Shown here one piece after another: positions 52,908 through 62,694 of a stretch of 64,000 bases of DNA (the first letter of the stretch is position 1; every line of letters starts with the position of its first letter). The notes beneath the pieces were generated by a model. The model saw only the letters and a program-made list of their open reading frames with translations, was not told the origin of the DNA and made no database searches. Source of the DNA: Patescibacteria group bacterium (GTDB lineage: Bacteria; Patescibacteriota; Patescibacteriia; Patescibacteriales; UBA12465); the NCBI GenBank assembly GCA_041671365.1, contig JBAZBP010000001.1, forward strand, positions 116,459 to 180,458, given 5' to 3'. The translations under genes and the position numbers were made by a program.

Positions 52908-54686
52908 ATGTTTAGGGAAAAATATATTAATTTAATTATAGTCAGTCTATTGGCGTTAGTTTTTTTTATAGCTACTGCCAGCCTTAATTTTTATTCGCAA
53001 ACGCAAGACTATACTAAATGGTCCTCGCCGGACGAAACCGCTAATTATTTTTTTACAAAACAGTTAAGTCAGACCGGCCAGCTGTCTTATTTTGATGCGG
53101 CCAATATTATTGGCGATAATATGGTCATTCCCCGTAGCGTCCGGAGTGATAACGGCTGGGTGAAGCCCGTTAGCTTTTTAGGTATTATCTTAATTTATGG
53201 TAGCCTGGCCTCTATTGTTGGGACGGCCGTAATTCCGTTTTTGACTCCCTGGTTTGCAGCTTGGGGCATAATATTTTTTTATTTAATTGTCCGACGCTTG
53301 TTTTCGGAACGTGTCGGTCTCTGGTCGGCTTGGTTATTGGCAATTTTCCCGGTTTATATTTATTATACCGTCCGCAGCATGTTTCATAACGTGTTATTCA
53401 TTGTTTTGCTTTTGATTAGTGTTTATTTATTTGGTTTAGCTATTGGTCGTCAAGAGACTAAAGTTAAAACTAATTTTTTAACTTGGACTCGGCCGATTCA
53501 TCAGTGGTTAGAGTTTTTAGCTGTTTTTGGCAGCGGTATTTTTTGCGGTTTGGCCGTTATTACTCGTACTTCCGAATTGTTGTGGTTAGTTCCGGTTGTG
53601 CTTTTAGTATGGATATTTTATTTTCGTCGTCTCGGTTTTGTTAAACCATTTTTATTTATTTCCGGCTTTGTCTTGGCTTTGATTCCCGTCGCTTATTATA
53701 ATCAGATTATTTATAATTCTTTTTGGCAGGGCGGTTACAATGAGATGAACCGTTCTCTTAAAGACATTGCCGCTTCCGGTAGTGAAATTTGGAAATTTAC
53801 TTGGACCGGACAATTTAATTACTACCATCATTATTTTGGACAAATTTTTAATAGAATTTTTTATTTTGGTTTTGATTATAATCAATCGTTAGTAATGCTT
53901 GGACATTACGTTTATGAAATGTTCCCGTTTCTTCTAATTGGCGGCATTCTCGGATTATTAATTATTATTGGGCAAAATTTCCGTCGTTTTCAAAAGAAAT
54001 ATTTGGTCTATATTTTAGGCTGGCTAATCCTTAGCGTTATTTTGGTTTTCTATTATGGCAGCTGGAAATTCAATGATAATCCGGATTTAACGCAATTTAC
54101 TATCGGCAATTCTTATACGCGTTATTGGTTACCTTTATATTTAGGATTAATGCCTTTGGTTTCTTTAGCGCTAGTTCGTTTAAGCCGAGCCTTATTATTC
54201 ATTAATTCAAAAACTTCAGCCGGAATTCGAAGGATAATAGCTAGCGGCTTGCAAGTTTTAGTTATTTTAACTTTGAGTATTTGGTCTCTGATGTTTGTAA
54301 TTTACGGTTCGACCGAAGGTTTGGCGTATTTATATTATAATAACCAAGCCGAAAAGGTTAATGCCGAAAAAGTTTGGTCTTTAACGGAGCCGACGTCCGT
54401 TATTATTACTCGTTATTACGATAAATTCTTTTGGCCGGAGCGGCGAGTAATTATGGGCACACTGCCTAATGATGAAATTTTAACGGCCGCGGCTAAACTT
54501 GTTAAAGTTTATCCTGTTTATTACTATAATTTTTATTTAGATTCGGCCGCGGTAACCTATTTAAATGAACGAAAATTTTTGCCCTATGGTTTACAAATGA
54601 ATTTAGTTAAAAAATTGAATGCTAAATTTGGTTTGTATAAATTAACGGCTAAACAGATTGATTATGAAAATACCGTCAAAAATTAA
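52908..54686 (+). CDS. GT-C glycosyltransferase (PMT_2/ArnT-like)
   Basis: SPDE motif after the first TM helix, YLIVRRLFSERVGL, TRYWLP, multiple TM helices. Confidence 0.7.
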   Translation: MFREKYINLIIVSLLALVFFIATASLNFYSQTQDYTKWSSPDETANYFFTKQLSQTGQLSYFDAANIIGDNMVIPRSVRSDNGWVKPVSFLGIILIYGSLASIVGTAVIPFLTPWFAAWGIIFFYLIVRRLFSERVGLWSAWLLAIFPVYIYYTVRSMFHNVLFIVLLLISVYLFGLAIGRQETKVKTNFLTWTRPIHQWLEFLAVFGSGIFCGLAVITRTSELLWLVPVVLLVWIFYFRRLGFVKPFLFISGFVLALIPVAYYNQIIYNSFWQGGYNEMNRSLKDIAASGSEIWKFTWTGQFNYYHHYFGQIFNRIFYFGFDYNQSLVMLGHYVYEMFPFLLIGGILGLLIIIGQNFRRFQKKYLVYILGWLILSVILVFYYGSWKFNDNPDLTQFTIGNSYTRYWLPLYLGLMPLVSLALVRLSRALLFINSKTSAGIRRIIASGLQVLVILTLSIWSLMFVIYGSTEGLAYLYYNNQAEKVNAEKVWSLTEPTSVIITRYYDKFFWPERRVIMGTLPNDEILTAAAKLVKVYPVYYYNFYLDSAAVTYLNERKFLPYGLQMNLVKKLNAKFGLYKLTAKQIDYENTVKN

Positions 54687-56001
54687 TAAAACTTATTATA
54701 TTATGACTATCGGTTGCCAGATGAACTCAGCCGACAGTGAGCGCTTGGCTGCTTTTTTAGATAATAGCGGATATCGGGCCGTTTCTGATTTTAAAATTGC
54801 CGGCACAGTGGTTATTAATACTTGCGGCATTCGACAGGCTGCCGAAGATCGGGCTTATGGTTTAGTTAACCAAATTAATAAATATAATCCGACAGCTAAA
54901 GTTATTATTGCCGGTTGTCTAAGTAAGCGACCAGACGTCAAAAAACGTTTGGCGGGCCGGGCTAACTTTTTTTTACCAATTAATGAAATGTTGCAATTAC
55001 CGGATTTATTGCAAGGTCAGGAGTATGAGCCATATTTTAGTTTAGATGAAGTTCGTTTAAAGGCGGGTGAAAAATATTTAGATATTTTACCCGTGCATCA
55101 AAGTAAATTTACCGCCTATGTTCCAGTAGGCAATGGCTGCAATAATTTTTGTTCTTATTGCGTGGTTCCTTATGCGCGCGGACGAGAAGTTTATCGTTCG
55201 TCGCTGGAAGTGATTAAGGAGGTTCGTGCTTTAGTCAAAAAGGGCTACAAGGAGATTATTTTAATTGCGCAAAATGTTAATAGTTATTCTGATGGAGATT
55301 ATAATTTTCCTCGCCTGTTGGCAGAATTAATTAAAATTCCCGGAAAATTTTGGTTACGTTTTTCTTCCAGCCACCCGAAAGATTTAAGCGATGAATTAAT
55401 AACGGTTATGGCTTCGTCTTCTAAGGTTTGTTCGCATTTGCATTTAGCGGTCCAATCCGGCGACGACGCTATCCTTCGGGCAATGAATCGTCAGTATACC
55501 GTCAGTCATTATAAAAATTTAATTAAAAAAATGCGCGCGGCTAAACCGGGAATAGCGATTACGACCGACGTGATTGTCGGTTTTCCCGGAGAGACTAAAA
55601 CTCAATTTAATCACACCGTTAAATTATTTAATGATTTAAAATTTGATTTAGCTTATATTTCCCAGTATAGTCCACGGCCGGGTACAGCTTCCGCTAAAAT
55701 GATTGATAATGTCAGTCCGGCTGAGAAGAAACGGCGAGCCTATGAATTAAATGAAATTTTAAAGCAAATAGCCTTGAAAAATCATCAGAAATATTTGGGT
55801 CAGATTGTAGAAGTATTGATTGAAGGTAAAAATAAGAAGGAAAAATATTATGGCAAGCTAAGTAGTTATCAAACGGTATTGATTAATGTGCCGGGAGATT
55901 TTAAAATAAATAAAAAAAACGACCCAATTGGTCATTTTGTAAATGTGAAAATTAATAAAGTTTTAGCTTTTGGGCTAGAGGGTGATTGGATAAAAAAATA
56001 G
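54664..56001 (+). CDS. miaB: tRNA-2-methylthio-N6-dimethylallyladenosine synthase MiaB
   Basis: GCQMN, NTC, CNNFCSYC, IVGFPGET, YSPRPGT, TRAM domain. Confidence 0.95.
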   Translation: MKIPSKINKTYYIMTIGCQMNSADSERLAAFLDNSGYRAVSDFKIAGTVVINTCGIRQAAEDRAYGLVNQINKYNPTAKVIIAGCLSKRPDVKKRLAGRANFFLPINEMLQLPDLLQGQEYEPYFSLDEVRLKAGEKYLDILPVHQSKFTAYVPVGNGCNNFCSYCVVPYARGREVYRSSLEVIKEVRALVKKGYKEIILIAQNVNSYSDGDYNFPRLLAELIKIPGKFWLRFSSSHPKDLSDELITVMASSSKVCSHLHLAVQSGDDAILRAMNRQYTVSHYKNLIKKMRAAKPGIAITTDVIVGFPGETKTQFNHTVKLFNDLKFDLAYISQYSPRPGTASAKMIDNVSPAEKKRRAYELNEILKQIALKNHQKYLGQIVEVLIEGKNKKEKYYGKLSSYQTVLINVPGDFKINKKNDPIGHFVNVKINKVLAFGLEGDWIKK

Positions 56002-56065
56002 GTTAGATGTCTGTGAGACAATCTAAGAGCCAATAGTTATTTATATATTAGCATAAATATAAGAT

Positions 56066-57031
56066 ATGGCAACAAAAGTTATCCACCATAATAAATTTAA
56101 TAAGCCCTTGGATTCTAAACCTCAGGTTTTAGTAATTTTAGGTACGACGGCGAGCGGTAAAACTAGTCTGGGGGTTAAGTTGGCCGTTAAGTTTAAGGGA
56201 GAGATAATTAGCGCCGACAGTCGCCAAGTTTATAAAGGGATGGATGTCGGGACAGGCAAGGACTTGACGGAATATCGGATTGGAAAAAAGAAAATACCGT
56301 ATCACTTGATTGATGTCGCCGATCCTAAAAAAGGATTTGATTTGGCTCGTTATCAGAGATTAGCTTTTCGGGCTATCAAAGATGTGCTTAAGCATAATAA
56401 TTTACCGATTGTTGTCGGTGGGAGCGGGCTTTATCTGCAGGCTTTAGTGGATAATTATTCTTTGGATCAAGGGAAAACAAAGTTACCCCAACGAACTAAA
56501 TGGGAAAAATGGCCGGTCAAGCGTTTATTTCAGGAACTGGTCAGATTAAAGCCGGATTTTGCCGGACGTCTTAATAATAGCGACAAGAATAATTCGCGCC
56601 GTCTAGTTCGCTATCTGGAAATTGCCGAAGCGGGTGATTTAGATAAAATTAGGAAAAGAGAGTCGCCATATAATTTTATTTTATTAGGCCTGACTTGGTC
56701 CGATGCGGTTTTACGAGAACGGATTAATTTTCGGATTTTAGAGCGCCTGGAAAAAGAGGGGATGTTAGCCGAGGTCAAAGAATTAAATAAACAAGGTTTG
56801 AGTTGGGAGAAACTTAAATCTTTTGGATTAGAATATAAATTTATCAGTCAGCATCTTTTAGGTGAATTGACTTATTCGGAAATGGTTGAGAAATTGAGTA
56901 TAGCGTCTTATCGTTTTGCTAAACGTCAGAAAACCTGGTTCAAGCGTTGGGAAAATCAGGGGGCAAAGATTAAATGGATTAAAAACATTAAAGCGGCCGA
57001 AAAAGAGATTAGAAAGTGGATGAGAGTATAA
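56066..57031 (+). CDS. miaA: tRNA dimethylallyltransferase
   Basis: Motifs GTTASGKT, SADSRQVY, VGGSGLY and AKRQKTWF. Confidence 0.96.
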   Translation: MATKVIHHNKFNKPLDSKPQVLVILGTTASGKTSLGVKLAVKFKGEIISADSRQVYKGMDVGTGKDLTEYRIGKKKIPYHLIDVADPKKGFDLARYQRLAFRAIKDVLKHNNLPIVVGGSGLYLQALVDNYSLDQGKTKLPQRTKWEKWPVKRLFQELVRLKPDFAGRLNNSDKNNSRRLVRYLEIAEAGDLDKIRKRESPYNFILLGLTWSDAVLRERINFRILERLEKEGMLAEVKELNKQGLSWEKLKSFGLEYKFISQHLLGELTYSEMVEKLSIASYRFAKRQKTWFKRWENQGAKIKWIKNIKAAEKEIRKWMRV

Positions 57032-57101
57032 TTTTTAGGAAAAAATTGATTAAATTATAGCTAATTTTAAATAAATATTGTTTAGTTAAAAAATCATCTT
57101 A

Positions 57102-57935
57102 TTGTATCATAGATATCAGCCAGGAGGATATAAAGATTTTAAGATTTCTGACCCTAAACCACGTCATATCCATAAAGCCAATGTCCGTGACCGTTTACTC
57201 CATCACGCTATCTACCGTCAACTTTATCCCTTTTTTGACCGCATTTTTATTTTTGATAGTTATTCTTGCCGGTTAGATAAAGGCACTCATAAAGCCCTTG
57301 GCCAATTTCGTAGTTATTTTCTAAAAGTCAGCCGCAATAACACTAGAAATTGTTGGGTCTTAAAAGGCGATATCAGAAAGTTTTTTGCTAGTATTGATCA
57401 TAGTATTTTAATGGACATTTTAAAGGAGTATATTCCCGATGAAAAAATTGTCTGGTTGCTTCAAGAAGTTATTGGCAGCTTTAAAATTGGGACTGAGAAT
57501 AAGGGCTTACCCTTAGGCAATTTAACTTCTCAACTTTTTGCCAATGTTTATTTAAATAAACTAGATCAGTTTATTAAGCACCAGATTAAAGCCAGATATT
57601 ATATCCGTTATGCCGATGATTTTGTTATTTTTTCGGAAGATAGGGAATGGCCGGAGAATATAATTCATAGAATATCAGAATTTCTAAAATTTGATCTTAA
57701 ATTAGAGCTTCATCCGGATAAGTTATTTTTAAAAACAATCTTTTCGGGCGTTGATTTTTTGGGTTGGGTACATTTTCCTGATCATCGGGTTTTACGGAGC
57801 GCAACCAAAAAAAGAATGTTTAGAAAACTAAAGATTAATAATTACAAGAAACAATCGCTTAATTCTTATTTAGGGATGTTGAGCCATGGAAATGCCAAGA
57901 AATTGCGATTATTAGTTAAAAGTAATTTTAGTTAA
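57102..57935 (+). CDS. Reverse transcriptase, DGR class, apparently N-terminally truncated (possible remnant)
   Basis: ISDPKPRHI, RDRLLHHA, SYSCR..KGTH, DIRKFF.SIDH, GLPLGNLTSQ, YIRYADD, FLGW; in-frame TAA at 57087 just upstream and only a TTG start. Confidence 0.85.
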   Translation: MYHRYQPGGYKDFKISDPKPRHIHKANVRDRLLHHAIYRQLYPFFDRIFIFDSYSCRLDKGTHKALGQFRSYFLKVSRNNTRNCWVLKGDIRKFFASIDHSILMDILKEYIPDEKIVWLLQEVIGSFKIGTENKGLPLGNLTSQLFANVYLNKLDQFIKHQIKARYYIRYADDFVIFSEDREWPENIIHRISEFLKFDLKLELHPDKLFLKTIFSGVDFLGWVHFPDHRVLRSATKKRMFRKLKINNYKKQSLNSYLGMLSHGNAKKLRLLVKSNFS

Positions 57936-57952
57936 GATAATAACATTAATAT

Positions 57953-59458
57953 TTATTTTAATAATTTTTCCAGTAATTCTCTAACAATTTTAGGATTAGC
58001 CTTGCCTTTGGTTTCGGCCATTACTTGGCCGACAAAAAATTGCAGGACCGTAGTTTTTCCCTGACGATATTGTTCTAGTTGGGCGGGATTATTAGTGATT
58101 ATTTTTTTTACCGCTTCTTCTAATTCATTCTCATTATTCATTTGCTGCAGCCCCAAAGCTTCCATAATATCGGTCGGATCGCCGCCCTCCCAATACATTT
58201 TTTCTAAAATACTCTGTCCGGTTGAAGAATTAATTTTATCTTGATAAATTAAACACATTAATTCCGCAAAATTTTCGGCCGTCATTTTTAAGTCGGTAAT
58301 TTTTTTATTATCTGCGTTTAGATGTTTTAATAATTCGCTGGTAATCCAGTTGGCGGCGGTCTTGGCTAGGCTTTTTTCTTGACGAACCGCTTCGTCGCCG
58401 TTAGCTTCAATCCAAGCGTCGAGTTCGGATATAACCTCCTCTGTCCAATCGGCTAAACTTCTATCGCTAACTAAAACTTCGGCTAATTCCGGGCTGTAGC
58501 CATATTCTTTCATAAAGCGTTGTTTTTTTAGACTAGGCATTTCCGGTAATTTAGCCTGGATGTCAGCCAATAAATCGTCATCAATTTTTAGAGGGGGAAT
58601 GTCCGGTTCGGGAAAATAGCGATAATCCGCTGAACTTTCTTTCAGGCGCTGACTGACGGTAGCCGCTTTATTTTCATCCCAGCCGCGAGTTTCGGCGAGT
58701 ATTGCTTCTCCCTTTTCGAGCAGTTTGGTTTGTCTTTCAATTTCAAAATTAATAGCCTTTTCCACGGCGCGGAAAGAATTTATATTTTTTACTTCGACTT
58801 TAGCGTTAAGCGGATGGTTCTTTTTGGGTTGAATTTGTCCATCTTTATAAATCCATTCGCCCGATGCCTGGACGCTAATATTAGCTTCACAGCGCATTTG
58901 GCCTTTTTCCATGTCTGCGTTACTAATATTTAGATAACGTAAAATTTGTTGGTAGGCCTGGCAGAATTTTTTAGCTTCATCGGCGTTTTTTATTATTGGT
59001 TCAGTTACTAATTCCATTAAGGGCGTACCGGCACGATTAAAGTCTAAAAGAGTATAATCTTGCTCTTTAAAATGCAGAGATTTACCGGTATCTTCCTCTA
59101 AGTGGATTCGAGTAATGAGGATTTTTTCGTTATTTATGGTTAGATAACCGTCGTAAGCCAGCGGTTGATCATATTGAGAAATTTGGTAGCCTTTGGGCAG
59201 ATCGGGATAAAAATAATTTTTTCGATCAAATTTAGAAGTGCGATTAATTTTACAATGCAAGGCTAGTCCGGTTAAAATTGTCCAATCAATGGCTTGCTTG
59301 TTGGGAACCGGTAAAGTTCCGGGGTGTCCCAAACAGATAGGGCAAACTGTAGTATTGGGCGCTTGACCGTCGGCGTCATTATCACAGGAGCAAAACATTT
59401 TGCTTTTAGTTTTTAGTTCGGCGTGGATTTCCAGGCCGATAATAGTGTCGTAAGTCAT
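57953..59458 (-). CDS. gatB: Asp/Glu-tRNA amidotransferase subunit B
   Basis: Motifs IGLEIH, FDRKNYFYPDLPKGYQISQ, HLEED and DYRYFPEPD. Confidence 0.98.
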   Translation of the reverse strand: MTYDTIIGLEIHAELKTKSKMFCSCDNDADGQAPNTTVCPICLGHPGTLPVPNKQAIDWTILTGLALHCKINRTSKFDRKNYFYPDLPKGYQISQYDQPLAYDGYLTINNEKILITRIHLEEDTGKSLHFKEQDYTLLDFNRAGTPLMELVTEPIIKNADEAKKFCQAYQQILRYLNISNADMEKGQMRCEANISVQASGEWIYKDGQIQPKKNHPLNAKVEVKNINSFRAVEKAINFEIERQTKLLEKGEAILAETRGWDENKAATVSQRLKESSADYRYFPEPDIPPLKIDDDLLADIQAKLPEMPSLKKQRFMKEYGYSPELAEVLVSDRSLADWTEEVISELDAWIEANGDEAVRQEKSLAKTAANWITSELLKHLNADNKKITDLKMTAENFAELMCLIYQDKINSSTGQSILEKMYWEGGDPTDIMEALGLQQMNNENELEEAVKKIITNNPAQLEQYRQGKTTVLQFFVGQVMAETKGKANPKIVRELLEKLLK

Positions 59459-59459
59459 A

Positions 59460-60731
59460 TTAGAATTTACCGGAGCTGCCAAAACCGTTGTCTTGACGTT
59501 CGGTAGAATTATCTAATTTCTCTTCGCTAATTTCTAAATTTAAAACTTCTTGAATTAAAATTTGGGCAATTTTTTGACCGGGAACAATATTAAAAATTTC
59601 TTCGCTTAAATTTTTGACCACCACTTTAATTTCTCCGCGATAATTAGCGTCGATGACTCCGCCCATAATGGTTATGCCTTCTGAGGCTAATCCGCTTTTA
59701 TCCCAAATTAAACCGGCGCAGCCTTCGGGTATTATCATTTTTAAACCGGTAGCTACCAGAGCTTGATTATAGGGGGGCAAAGAATAATAATCGTTGGCAT
59801 ATAAATCATAGGCAGCGTCGTTAAGATGGGCTTTTTGGGGAAGTTTGGCTTGCGGGCTAATTTTTTCAACTATTAATTTTGTCGCTAGACTTTTTTTAAC
59901 CGGTTTATCGTCTTTAATTTCAGTTTTTATTGTTTCTCGATTTGAATCTTTAGTATATTCAAAAATAACTTCCCGATGATCCACGATTTGTCGGTTAGAA
60001 CCGATAATATTACTGATAGGCTGGAAATCCTGATGTTTAAGGGAATCATGGTTAATTATTTTTTTTACCGTTAGCCAGACCAATAAACTTATTTCGTCAC
60101 GATTTAGAATTTCTTTATTTTTTGTGCAGCTGATGAGCTGAAAATCCGGGAAGCTATTGGCAATTTCTAAATAAACTTGTTCGGCTTTTTGCAGATGCTC
60201 TAAATTATTTTCATGAATATCGGTAGTTTTTCCGACCCAATCTTCGCGCGACCTGGTTTTGGCCAGTTGTTGAGCAATACTGGATTCAACATGTAAAATA
60301 ATCGATAAATCCGGCCGGGGAATTTCTAGAATTTTATATTCTAAATCATCCAACCAATTAAAAAATATTCGCCGTTCTAGCGGATTAGTAATTTTACCGC
60401 CCTGGTGTCCCATATTGGCGCTGGTATAACGGTTAGCGAGCACAATTTTTCCTTCGGTTAACCACTGTTTTATTTTCCAACTGGCGTCGTAACGATCGAC
60501 GGCATAAAATATGGAAGCCTTGTAAGCGTCGACTTCATTGGCGTTGCCATATTTGCCTGATAAATATTCTTCTATCGGTCCGGCCGATTTAGTGTTGTAT
60601 TGGGGAAAGTCGGCCACCTCCACTGCGTAGCCCTCATTTTCCAGCTTCGCCTTTAACAGACTAAGCTGGGTGGTTTTTCCACTGCCGTCAGTGCCGTCGA
60701 TAACAATAAATTTTCCGGGAAAACCGTTCAT
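59460..60731 (-). CDS. Thymidylate kinase-dUTPase fusion
   Basis: N-terminal IDGTDGSGKTTQ, DR, NRY and PDL (Tmk); C-terminal AYDL, KSGLA, GVIDANYRGE, IAQ and RQDNGFGSSG (dUTPase motifs 1-5). Confidence 0.92.
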   Translation of the reverse strand: MNGFPGKFIVIDGTDGSGKTTQLSLLKAKLENEGYAVEVADFPQYNTKSAGPIEEYLSGKYGNANEVDAYKASIFYAVDRYDASWKIKQWLTEGKIVLANRYTSANMGHQGGKITNPLERRIFFNWLDDLEYKILEIPRPDLSIILHVESSIAQQLAKTRSREDWVGKTTDIHENNLEHLQKAEQVYLEIANSFPDFQLISCTKNKEILNRDEISLLVWLTVKKIINHDSLKHQDFQPISNIIGSNRQIVDHREVIFEYTKDSNRETIKTEIKDDKPVKKSLATKLIVEKISPQAKLPQKAHLNDAAYDLYANDYYSLPPYNQALVATGLKMIIPEGCAGLIWDKSGLASEGITIMGGVIDANYRGEIKVVVKNLSEEIFNIVPGQKIAQILIQEVLNLEISEEKLDNSTERQDNGFGSSGKF

Positions 60732-60734
60732 AGA

Positions 60735-61292
60735 TTATTTATTTAATTTAGCCATAATTAAATCGATTTGCTTATGCAGTTCGTCTAAACTTCCGTCATT
60801 GTTCAAGTTTAATTCTGCTTCAGCCATAACCGAGGGGATACTAATTTCGGTTTCCATTTCTAGGTGGTCCCGAGTAAACTGTTCTAAAGTTTTTTCGGTG
60901 TCGCCGACATTTTCGTTCCTTTCAACCAAGCGCTCGTGGCGTATTTTAATGTCGGCATCGACGCTAATTAAATGAAAACCCGGTATTTTTTTAAGATATT
61001 CAATATCCGCTAAGCGTCTTATTCCTTCAACGACTATTAATTTTTCATTAGAATTTTTTATATCTCCAGCCATAGTCTTGGCGAACAAGTCTTCTCCAAA
61101 AGTTTGCCTTAGACAAGTAGAAATATTTACCATATTGAGACGATTTATTTCTAAGTTCAAACGTTCCAATATTTCTCGCATGATAGTCGAGAAACGAAAA
61201 CCCTTAGCGCCATATTTTTCTTCCAAATATTTTTTACAAATGCCCTTGCCGCTAGCCATCGGTCCGGTGAATCCTAAAATGATTTTTGTCAT
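60735..61292 (-). CDS. P-loop nucleotide kinase (dNMP kinase/dephospho-CoA kinase-like)
   Basis: Motifs GFTGPMASGKG, VVEGIRR and LNNDGS. Confidence 0.75.
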   Translation of the reverse strand: MTKIILGFTGPMASGKGICKKYLEEKYGAKGFRFSTIMREILERLNLEINRLNMVNISTCLRQTFGEDLFAKTMAGDIKNSNEKLIVVEGIRRLADIEYLKKIPGFHLISVDADIKIRHERLVERNENVGDTEKTLEQFTRDHLEMETEISIPSVMAEAELNLNNDGSLDELHKQIDLIMAKLNK

Positions 61293-61295
61293 AAT

Positions 61296-61799
61296 TTAAT
61301 ATTGTACCCGATATCGCAACATCAAGGTGTTTTCATTTAAATTTTTAACTTCCAATAATTTTAAATTAACATTTAAATCCTTATTGAACAAGGATAATCC
61401 AGTGCCAAAAATTTTAGGTTCAACTGTCAGAATAATTTCCGTAATTAATTTTTTTTCTAAGAACAGAGAATTAAGGAACGAACCGCCGCCTAATAAGGCG
61501 GATTTATAGCCCATTACTTCTAATTCTTGCAAAACATCGGCGGGTTCTCCTTTAACCCATTTTACACCGGTAATTTCTGCCGGGTTTTCATTTTCCGAAA
61601 ACACGACATTCAATCTTTCTTTTAAGGGCGCCGGAAAAGTTCGGAAAGTATTTTCACCCATCATAATTACGCCCTGGGCTTTGGATATTTCGACAAATAA
61701 TTTTTTGTCTTCGCGGCTAGTCCAGTCGGCAAATTGGGTTTTATCTTTAGCGATTTTTCCGTCAACGGTCATCGCCATCATCATGGTTACGGGTATCAT
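61296..61799 (-). CDS. folA: Dihydrofolate reductase (DHFR/RibD-C fold)
   Basis: AMTVDGKIA, W..ED...F, MGENTF, PLKERLNVV, GG; adjacent to thyA. Confidence 0.8.
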   Translation of the reverse strand: MIPVTMMMAMTVDGKIAKDKTQFADWTSREDKKLFVEISKAQGVIMMGENTFRTFPAPLKERLNVVFSENENPAEITGVKWVKGEPADVLQELEVMGYKSALLGGGSFLNSLFLEKKLITEIILTVEPKIFGTGLSLFNKDLNVNLKLLEVKNLNENTLMLRYRVQY

Positions 61800-61818
61800 A
61801 GAAATTTAAGGTAAGTAA

Positions 61819-62634
61819 TTAAATGGCGATTGGAGCTTTAATGCCCGGATCCGGATCGTAGCCTTCTAAATGGAAGTCTTCATATTTAAAATTAAAGATG
61901 TCTTTTACTTCCGGATTAATAGTCATAGTTGGCCCCGTTTTAGGTTCACGAGTTAATTGTAATTTTACCTGTTCAATATGATTATTGTAAATATGCAAAT
62001 CACCGAAAGTATGGATAAATTCACCCAGCTTTAAGTCGCAGACCTGCGCCATCATCATAGTTAAAAGGGCGTAAGAGGCGATATTAAATGGTACGCCCAG
62101 AAAGATATCGGCGCTGCGTTGGTACAACTGACAAGATAATTTATTGTCATGAGAAACGTAAAATTGGAAAACGGTATGACAGGGAGGCGGAGCGGTTTTT
62201 TTACCGCCGATTAATTCGCGTAAATCGCCGACATTCCAACCGCTGACAATTATACGTCGAGAGGTCGGGTTGTGCTTAAGCATTTCAACCGTTTCCGCGA
62301 TTTGGTTTATTTTGGTTCCATCTTTAGCTTCCCAGGCGGTCCATTGTTTGCCGTAAATCGGGCCAAGATCGCCGTTTTCATCCGCCCATTCGTTCCAGAT
62401 ATTAACGCCGTTTTCATTTAGATATTTAATATTAGTATCACCCTTTAGAAACCACAATAATTCATAGATAATAGATTTCAAATGGACCTTTTTAGTGGTT
62501 AAAAGGGGAAATCCTTGACTTAAGTCGTAGCGTGTTTGACGGCCAAAAACACTGATGGTGCCGGTGCCGGTTCGATCATCTTTACCCTGTCCGTTTTCTA
62601 GCACGTCTCGCAAAAGATCAAGATATTGTTTCAT
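61819..62634 (-). CDS. thyA: Thymidylate synthase
   Basis: Motifs [26 protein letters not shown] and HIYNNH. Confidence 0.98.
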   Translation of the reverse strand: MKQYLDLLRDVLENGQGKDDRTGTGTISVFGRQTRYDLSQGFPLLTTKKVHLKSIIYELLWFLKGDTNIKYLNENGVNIWNEWADENGDLGPIYGKQWTAWEAKDGTKINQIAETVEMLKHNPTSRRIIVSGWNVGDLRELIGGKKTAPPPCHTVFQFYVSHDNKLSCQLYQRSADIFLGVPFNIASYALLTMMMAQVCDLKLGEFIHTFGDLHIYNNHIEQVKLQLTREPKTGPTMTINPEVKDIFNFKYEDFHLEGYDPDPGIKAPIAI

Positions 62635-62694
62635 ATTAGTCAGTTTTAAATATGATTTATTTATTTTTTATAACTAGTTGGCGACATGGTCGCC

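Noticed and set aside
57102-57935. Group II intron or retron
   Set aside because: There is no room for intron RNA domains or msr-msd, no recognisable maturase/endonuclease domain, and no retron VTG motif; the motifs fit the DGR class
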